64,000 nucleotides of DNA, from NCBI GenBank assembly GCA_047602405.1, contig JASGHJ010000001.1, forward strand, positions 832,001 through 896,000. The letters are read 5' to 3'. Origin of the DNA: Anaeromyxobacteraceae bacterium (GTDB lineage: Bacteria; Myxococcota; Myxococcia; Myxococcales; Anaeromyxobacteraceae). The position numbers and the translations under genes are program-made. The notes below the pieces were generated by a model. The model saw only the letters and a list, made by a program, of their open reading frames with translations, was not told the origin of the DNA and made no database searches. Positions 57,801-64,000 of the stretch are shown here, piece after piece; the stretch's first letter is position 1; each line of letters starts with the position of its first letter.

Positions 57801-58724
57801 TCAGCGCACCCAGGACGGCGCGCCGTCGATGCCGGGCGACCAGGTGAGGCGCACGGAGAGCACGCCGCTCACCGCGTCGCGCACGATCACCTCGGCGTCG
57901 CCGAAGCTCGTGTTCATGACGGCGATCGAGTTACCGTCGGGGCTCCACGAGGGCTCGACGTCCGCCGCGTCGGCGAGGATGCGCTCCTGGCCCGTCGCGA
58001 GATCGAGCACGATGATGCGCGCGTCCTGCGCGGGCGTCGCGCGGGCGAACGCGAGGCTCTTCCCGTCCGGCGAGGGCGCCGGGCGGCCGAGGATGCGGCA
58101 CGCGACGGCGCCGCAGCGGAGCGGCGAGGCCGCCTCCTGCGAGACCTGCACCGGGTCGCCGCCGGCGACGGGCACCTTCCAGACCTGGTAGCGGCCGGTG
58201 CGGTTGGAGGTGAAGTAGAGGGTCTCGCCGTCGGGAGACCAGGCCGGCTGGACGTCGTCGGCCGGGGCCGCCGCGAGCGCGACCGGGACGCCGCCGTGGA
58301 GCGGCATCACGTAGACGTCGGCGGTGCCCGCGTCGGGCGACTTGCCGGAGAAGGCGACGTGGGTTCCGTCCGGAGAGACCTGCGGGCTCCCGACGGCGAG
58401 GTCGCCGGTGTCGAGGAGCGTCTCGTAGGGCGCCGCGATGGGGCGGTAGACGAGGCGGCCGCGGCCGTATCGGAAGGCGCGGTAGACCGCCCCCTGGGCC
58501 GCGGTCGAGTAGGAGGGGTCGGTCTCGTCGCCCGGGGTCGCGGCGAGCACGACGTCGCAGGCGCCGTCGGCGCGGATGATGCGGACGTCGTACTGGTCGC
58601 CGCGGCGGGAGGTGTAGGCGAGCCAGCCTCGCTCGGGCGCACCGCACACGTCGGCGCAGCCAGCCGCGCAGACGAGCGCCGCCGCGGCGAGCGCGAGGGC
58701 GCGGACGGGGCTCGTCGGGGACAT
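57801..58724 (-). CDS. TolB-like beta-propeller lipoprotein
   Basis: Lipobox AAGC; repeated PxWSPDG motifs (QVSPDG, PAWSPDG, PAPSPDG, PSWSPDG). Confidence 0.85.
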   Translation of the reverse strand: MSPTSPVRALALAAAALVCAAGCADVCGAPERGWLAYTSRRGDQYDVRIIRADGACDVVLAATPGDETDPSYSTAAQGAVYRAFRYGRGRLVYRPIAAPYETLLDTGDLAVGSPQVSPDGTHVAFSGKSPDAGTADVYVMPLHGGVPVALAAAPADDVQPAWSPDGETLYFTSNRTGRYQVWKVPVAGGDPVQVSQEAASPLRCGAVACRILGRPAPSPDGKSLAFARATPAQDARIIVLDLATGQERILADAADVEPSWSPDGNSIAVMNTSFGDAEVIVRDAVSGVLSVRLTWSPGIDGAPSWVR

Positions 58725-58728
58725 CGCG

Positions 58729-58890
58729 CTATTCGCCGCCGATGCCGCCGCCGGGGCCGCCGTCGCCGCTGAAGAGCGTGGCGTGCTCGACGCGTCGGCG
58801 CGCGAGGACGCGCGGCGGCTCGTAGGCGGGCCGCTGCGGCGGAGCCGGCTTCGCGGCGGGGAGCTCGGGCTGGGTCTTCTTGGGATCCAT
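58729..58890 (-). CDS. Putative RiPP precursor peptide, 53 aa
   Basis: MDPKKTQPELPAAKPAPPQRPAYEPPRVLARRRVEHATLFSGDGGPGGGIGGE*. Fills the gap between two co-oriented genes; YxxP and Thr(-2) lasso-type leader motifs; missing from the ORF track. Confidence 0.8.
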   Translation of the reverse strand: MDPKKTQPELPAAKPAPPQRPAYEPPRVLARRRVEHATLFSGDGGPGGGIGGE

Positions 58891-58906
58891 GGTGCGAGGT
58901 CCGAGC

Positions 58907-60328
58907 TCAGGGAGCGGTGGTGAACTTGAACGGGGCGACGTACTCGCCGTTGCGGCCGGCGAAGTGGTTGCGGGCCGACCAGAAGTAGTCGGTCCCCGCG
59001 GTGAGCCCGGTTAGGTCGGCCGTGAACGTGTAGGTCCACGTGTTGGCTGGCCCTTCGGCCGCGGACGTGGTGGTCACGGCATCGAAGATGGGGTCACCCA
59101 GGGCCGAGCAGTCGGGCGCCTTGCAGAGGATGAACACCCGGTCGCTCGAGGGGACCGTTTCGTACGGATAGTCCACGGTCCACGTGAACGCGGTTACACC
59201 ACGCAGGACGTCCGTTGCGTTGTCGGCCGGGGTCTTGAGGACGGGCGGGCCGGTCACGATGAAGCTCTCCTGCTGCGCGAAGGTGCCGTCGATCACCCCG
59301 CCACCCGGATTCCAGTGGGTCCGCGCCTCCAGGTAGTACCGCTGACCCACAGTGAAGATGAAGTCGCCCAGGTACGAATCGTACGAACCCCAGCCGGCGC
59401 CCGGCGCGGCCCTGTCCACGAAGCCGTTCGAGGGGACGTTGAAGTCGTCGAGCACGAACGGGATGCCGCTGCAGCTGCCGTTCACGAACGGCGCCGAGCA
59501 GATGGTCGCCCGCATCTGCGTGACCCGCGGTTGATGAAAGTCGTCCTTGTTGTCGTAGAGGAACCAGTGGAGCGTTTCGTTGCCCTCCACACGGTCACCG
59601 AGCGTGTCACCGGCCACACGTGGTGCGTTCGGGAACGGATCCGCCCAGATCGCGCCCTTGATGACGAAGGGGCCCGAACCGACCGGCGGGTAATTGAGGT
59701 TCCAGTCCTTCACGATCGGCAAGGCACCGGGTGCGGAGCCGTCCGCCACCGCCGAGCCGGCGAGGCTCTCGTACGGATAGGTGAGGACGTCCGTGTAGTC
59801 GATGTAGCTGCCGTACGGGCTGATCGCATCGTTGCCGGGTGGCACGAAGGTCACGGTCCCCGGGAAGTCCGGGTCCTCGTAAGCCTTGTTCCCGCCCACC
59901 GGCAAGACGCCGGGGTCGCATACGGCGTAGGTCGAGCTCGTCAAGGACGTGATCGTCACGAACAGTCCGGCCAGCCGCTCCGGCAGGTAGTTCGTGATGC
60001 GGACCGGCGTCTGGATCGCGTTCTCGTCGCAGCCCGGCGCGACCGGACCGACGTCGATGAAGGGCGTGACCGAGGCGATCTCCACCGTGCGCGGCGGGTT
60101 CGTGCCCGCATTCTGATCCGTGCCCTCCGGGATCACCGTCCACAGCGCCGACCCGCGCGACCCGCCGGGCCCCGGCGTCGGCGGCTCGATGACCGCCTCG
60201 AACGTGGCGATGCGCTGCGGCCGCGAGGGCGGCAGCGGCTCGACGACCTGCCGCGCCGGCTTCGGCCGGTCGGCGCAGGCGGCCGCGAGCAACAGGGCGA
60301 GGCCGCCGAGGGCGACACGAACACGCAT
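58907..60328 (-). CDS. Large lipoprotein, beta-rich with Fn3-like C-terminus
   Basis: MRVRVALGGLALLLAAAC lipobox; LTGLTAGTDYFWSAR...FKFTT is Fn3-like; codon use less GC-biased than its neighbours. Confidence 0.75.
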   Translation of the reverse strand: MRVRVALGGLALLLAAACADRPKPARQVVEPLPPSRPQRIATFEAVIEPPTPGPGGSRGSALWTVIPEGTDQNAGTNPPRTVEIASVTPFIDVGPVAPGCDENAIQTPVRITNYLPERLAGLFVTITSLTSSTYAVCDPGVLPVGGNKAYEDPDFPGTVTFVPPGNDAISPYGSYIDYTDVLTYPYESLAGSAVADGSAPGALPIVKDWNLNYPPVGSGPFVIKGAIWADPFPNAPRVAGDTLGDRVEGNETLHWFLYDNKDDFHQPRVTQMRATICSAPFVNGSCSGIPFVLDDFNVPSNGFVDRAAPGAGWGSYDSYLGDFIFTVGQRYYLEARTHWNPGGGVIDGTFAQQESFIVTGPPVLKTPADNATDVLRGVTAFTWTVDYPYETVPSSDRVFILCKAPDCSALGDPIFDAVTTTSAAEGPANTWTYTFTADLTGLTAGTDYFWSARNHFAGRNGEYVAPFKFTTAP

Positions 60329-60450
60329 CCTGGAATTCTCCGTGATCACGCGACGCCGGGCCAGGAAACCAGGGCCTGCACTCGGGGTCGTTCCGATGAC
60401 TTACGCGCCTTCGGAGCCGTGTAGCAAGCGGCCCCGTATCCCACCTTACC

Positions 60451-61548
60451 TCACCCGCGGTGCCCGCCGCGACGGCCTCGCCAGCCCAGGACGGCCAGCG
60501 GCTGATCCACGAGGAGCCGCCGCACGTGGAGCAGCGGCAGCCACCAGGTCTCGTCCGGCACCCCGTAGCTCGCGGCGAGGTAAGCCCGCGACGGGAAGAG
60601 GGAGATCCAGCCCTTCCGCGAGAGGAGGCGGAGCCGCCCCACCGCACGCTTCCGGAAGCCCGGAGCCCAGCCCGCGGGCTCGAAGGCCTGCCCCAACCGG
60701 GTGGGCGCCGGCGCACGGCTCGCGGCCGCGCTCCGCGCCTCCTCCACGAGCGCGAGGCCCTCGGCCACCGCCGGGCTCCGGCCCGGCTGCGCGAGCGCGC
60801 CCCGCGCGCCGAGCCGGACGAGATCCGCCGCCAGCCGGGGCAGGAAGGCGGGATCGCCCACGTGGTGCACGAGCGCGTGCTCGCACGCGATCACCGCGAG
60901 GTCCTCGAGCGCGGGCACCCGCACCGCGACGCCCTGCACCTCGGCGTGGATCGCTCGCGCGAGGAGCCCCTCGGTGCCGCCCTCCACCTCCGCCGGCGGC
61001 GCGACGTGCAGGTCGAGCTTCACGCCCGTCGTGTCCACGTAGCCGCCGACGCCAGTGGCCACCGGCTCCGCCGCGGCGGCAGCGAGCCCGTGCGCGCCCT
61101 CCAGCGTGGGCCTGCGCGGCAAGGGGCGCGCGCCGTCGGCCCGGAGCACAGCGTCGGCCTTGCCGGCGTCGGCGCCGCGCACCAGGAGGTCGAGGTCGGA
61201 CACGTGTCGGAGCGGCCCGTAGCCCGGGTCGTGCACGCAGAGTGCGACGCCCTTCAGCGCGAGGCAGGGCACGCCCGCCGCCGCAAGCGCGCGGGAGGCC
61301 CGCGCGAAGGCATTCACGGTGAGCGCGGTCTGGGCCGCGTCGTCCTCCGCGTGGCGGCGGAGCGCGGCGTAGCCGGGAGGCGCCGGCGAGAGGCCGAGCG
61401 GCGCGGCCGCGCGCCACGCGAGGCCGGAGACACCGAGCGTGCGCGCGCGGTCGGCGAGCGCAGTCCAGTCGAGCGCTCCGACGGGCTCCGCCGGCAGCTG
61501 CAGCACGGCGCGCAGCAGGAAGCCCTGCTCCGCCTCGCCGAGGCTCAT
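60451..61548 (-). CDS. Nucleotidyltransferase family protein (NTP_transf_5-like)
   Basis: LDWTAL, LALKGVAL, RHVSDLDLLV, LDLH; ATGA-coupled to the WecA-like gene. Confidence 0.82.
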   Translation of the reverse strand: MSLGEAEQGFLLRAVLQLPAEPVGALDWTALADRARTLGVSGLAWRAAAPLGLSPAPPGYAALRRHAEDDAAQTALTVNAFARASRALAAAGVPCLALKGVALCVHDPGYGPLRHVSDLDLLVRGADAGKADAVLRADGARPLPRRPTLEGAHGLAAAAAEPVATGVGGYVDTTGVKLDLHVAPPAEVEGGTEGLLARAIHAEVQGVAVRVPALEDLAVIACEHALVHHVGDPAFLPRLAADLVRLGARGALAQPGRSPAVAEGLALVEEARSAAASRAPAPTRLGQAFEPAGWAPGFRKRAVGRLRLLSRKGWISLFPSRAYLAASYGVPDETWWLPLLHVRRLLVDQPLAVLGWRGRRGGHRG

Positions 61549-63029
61549 GCGCCCTGCGCCGGGAGGAGCCCGCGGGCGCGCGCCTCCGCGAGGCGATCGA
61601 GCCGGTCGAACGCGCCGGACACGTGCTCGCAGAGGAGCTCCACCGCGATCTCGGTGTCGCGGTCGATGGAGAACCGGCCGTCGTCGAAGCCGAGCTCGAG
61701 GTGGTGCTCCCCGGGGCGCTCCGCGACGAGCCCGTAGCGGGCGCGGAAGAGCGGCCCCTCCGCCTCCTCGAAGCCGTCCTCGAAGGGCTCGGAGCCCGCG
61801 AGGGCGCGCGGGCCCGCGAGGCGCAGCGCGACGCCCGAGGCGCCGAGCTCGCGGGAGGCGCCGCGCACGATCCCCCAGATCTCCTCGACCGACTCGGCGG
61901 TGCGGAGCGCCTCGCCCGCCCGCCGGACCGAGGCGCGGCGATCGAGGTTCCGGCGCCGCGTCTCGAGCAGGCGCTGGGCGCGGGAGAGGTCGAGGTAGCC
62001 GAGCCGGCGGAGCGCGAAGAAGATCACGACCGACATCCCGAGCAGGAGGCCGGCCGCCTGCAGGCCGGTCGTCACGAACGACATGCCGAGCGCGACGACC
62101 CCGAGCGCGACGGACGCGCCGTAGAGCACGAGCACCGCCTGCCGGTGGCTGAGGCCGAGCTCCATGAGGCGGTGGTGGATGTGGGCCCGGTCGGCCTGGA
62201 AGATGGGGACACCCTTCATCATCCGGCGCACCATCGCGAGGAAGGTGTCGGCGATGGGGATGCCGAGCGCGATGATGGGGACGACGATCGCGACCGCCGT
62301 GGAGGACTTCTGGTTCTTCATGATCGCGGTGGCCGCGAGCACGAAGCCGAGGAACATCGACCCCGCGTCGCCCATGAAGATGGTGGCGGGGTTGAAGTTG
62401 TAGAAGAGGAAGCCCGCGACGGCGCCGGCGAGGGTCGCCGCGAAGAGCATCATGAGCGGCTCGCCGCGCCACGCCGCGATGACGAAGGTCGTGGAGATCG
62501 CCGTGAGCGCGACGCCGCCGGCGAGCCCGTCGAGCCCGTCGATGAGGTTCATCGCGTTGATGACGCCGGTGATCCACAGCACCGTGAACGGCAGCGCGAG
62601 CCAGCCGAGCTGGATCGGGTCGCCGAACGGGTTCGTGATCTCGGTGACCCGCGCGCCCATGCCGAAGAGGAAGAGCGCGACCGCGAACTGGATCGTGAAC
62701 TTCAGCCCCGCCTTCATGCCGCGGAGGTCGTCCCAGACCCCGAGCACCGCGATGGCGAGGCCGCCCGCGAGGAGCGCGATCGCGTTCGTGCGGTCCGCCC
62801 AGAACCGGCGCCCGACCTCGGAGTTCGCCAGGAGGAGGGCGAGCAGCGGCACGTAGAAGCCGATGACGATGGCGACGCCGCCGAGCCGGGGCACCGGGCG
62901 GCCGTGGACCTTCCGGGCGGAGAGCGCGTGGTCGAGCCAGCCGCGGCGCAGCGCGAGGTTGCGCACGAGCGGCGTCAGGATGGCGGCGACCACCATCGCC
63001 GCGATGAACGCTGCGAACACGGTCCTCAA
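61545..63029 (-). CDS. wecA: Undecaprenyl-phosphate N-acetylhexosamine-1-phosphate transferase (WecA/MraY family) with C-terminal extension
   Basis: RKVH..PVPRLGG, GVWDD, NAMNLIDGLDGLA, YNFNPATIFMGDAGS, DRAHIHH. Confidence 0.88.
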   Translation of the reverse strand: MRTVFAAFIAAMVVAAILTPLVRNLALRRGWLDHALSARKVHGRPVPRLGGVAIVIGFYVPLLALLLANSEVGRRFWADRTNAIALLAGGLAIAVLGVWDDLRGMKAGLKFTIQFAVALFLFGMGARVTEITNPFGDPIQLGWLALPFTVLWITGVINAMNLIDGLDGLAGGVALTAISTTFVIAAWRGEPLMMLFAATLAGAVAGFLFYNFNPATIFMGDAGSMFLGFVLAATAIMKNQKSSTAVAIVVPIIALGIPIADTFLAMVRRMMKGVPIFQADRAHIHHRLMELGLSHRQAVLVLYGASVALGVVALGMSFVTTGLQAAGLLLGMSVVIFFALRRLGYLDLSRAQRLLETRRRNLDRRASVRRAGEALRTAESVEEIWGIVRGASRELGASGVALRLAGPRALAGSEPFEDGFEEAEGPLFRARYGLVAERPGEHHLELGFDDGRFSIDRDTEIAVELLCEHVSGAFDRLDRLAEARARGLLPAQGA

Positions 63030-63168
63030 GCGGCGTCCTGCTCCCGGGCCAGCGGCAGCCACTCCCCGTCGCTGCGATGGCGTCCGGGGACGTTACCACG
63101 GGTGCGACGGGCCCCGAAATCGGGACCCCGCCCGCGCGGACCCGACCGCGGGTTCCCGGGCGGGTCGT

Positions 63169-64000
63169 TCACCGAGCGTCCGTGAGCACCCGGGCGATCG
63201 CCGCGGTGCGCACCCTGCGTTCGTGGCGCACCTCGAACGCGCTCCGGACGTGCGCGGAGGTGGGAGCGCTTCGAAGCAGGCGATCGAGCGCCGCGCGCGC
63301 ACCCTCGACGTCGCCGTTCGCCACGACCTCGCCGGCGCCCTCGCGGACGATCGTCCGCGCCACCTCGGAAGCCGGCGGCCCGACGTACAGCGCCGGCCGC
63401 CCCGCCGCGAGGATGCCGTAGAGCTTCGACGGCTCCATCAGCCCGAGCGTCTCCGGAGTCTGCGAGACGAGGTGCACGTCGCCCGCGGAGAGCGACTCGG
63501 CGAGCCCTTCGCGCGGGACGAACGGCAGGAGCCTCACGTTCGGGAGCTCCCGCGCGGCGGCCTCGACGACCCCGCGCCGCCCACCGCCGCCCACGAAGAC
63601 GAACGCGAGGTCGTCGCGCTCACGGCAGCGCCGGGCGAGGCCGACCAGCGTGTCGAGGTCGTGCGCGCGCCCCATGTTGCCGGAGTAGAGGACGACGCGC
63701 CGGTCGCCCAGGCCGAGCCCTTGCCGGAACGCGTTCACCTCCGGCGGCACCGGCCGGACGTTCTCGCCGTCGGCCCAGTTCGGCAGGACGTGCACGCGCG
63801 CGGGGTCGACGCCCTTCGCCGCCACCCGCGCCTTCATCGGCTCGCCGGGGACCACGACGGCGTCGGCGCCGCGCAGCGCCGCGCGGGACACGCGCTCGGC
63901 GAGCCAGGTCGCCGGCGAGCGCGCGCCGAGCACGCCGAAGGCCACCGCGAGCTCCGGGTAGAGATCCTGGAGCCAGTAGACGAGGCGCGCGCCGCGCAGC
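63169..64000 (-). CDS. Glycosyltransferase family 4 (WcaI/WbuB-like), 5' end outside the window
   Basis: VYWLQDLYPE, PNWAD, YSGNMGRAH, PSKLYGILAAGRP. Confidence 0.9.
   Translation of the reverse strand, partial: LRGARLVYWLQDLYPELAVAFGVLGARSPATWLAERVSRAALRGADAVVVPGEPMKARVAAKGVDPARVHVLPNWADGENVRPVPPEVNAFRQGLGLGDRRVVLYSGNMGRAHDLDTLVGLARRCRERDDLAFVFVGGGGRRGVVEAAARELPNVRLLPFVPREGLAESLSAGDVHLVSQTPETLGLMEPSKLYGILAAGRPALYVGPPASEVARTIVREGAGEVVANGDVEGARAALDRLLRSAPTSAHVRSAFEVRHERRVRTAAIARVLTDAR

Noticed and set aside
58729..58890. Calling the product a canonical lasso peptide
   Set aside because: No Asp/Glu at core positions 7-9 and no cyclase in the window, although one beyond the right edge cannot be excluded.

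Overview
Very GC-rich, densely coding chromosomal segment. Gene content and codon use suggest an Anaeromyxobacter-like myxobacterium (inference). From left to right it carries: secreted/PEGA-type proteins, a PQQ sugar dehydrogenase, a thioesterase, a HAMP kinase and a hydrolase; a nitrogen locus (glnB, ntrB-like, ntrC-like, glnA) with three sigma-54 promoters; a TetR-controlled cluster (FabH-like enzyme with an altered triad, acyl-CoA ligase, MFS, outer-membrane protein, esterase); mprF-acvB and a YejM-like sulfatase; livKHMGF; a small accessory patch with a ParE-like toxin-antitoxin pair; nagZ with a MoxR/DUF58/vWA/DUF4175 operon; and an ECF sigma/anti-sigma pair. The main finding is a minus-strand RiPP-like operon at 54329-63029, attached to glycan-synthesis genes. 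It contains a 53-aa precursor missing from the ORF track (58729-58890) with a lasso-type leader (YEPP...TL) but a Gly-rich core that cannot form a canonical lasso ring. It also encodes an inverted peptidase-RRE (B2-B1) fusion, an HprK-like kinase, a nucleotidyltransferase, two lipoproteins and an ABC exporter; no lasso cyclase is present in the window. Also notable are a REP-like palindrome family inserted in frame into several genes and a systematic GATC->GAATC frameshift signature, probably an assembly artefact.
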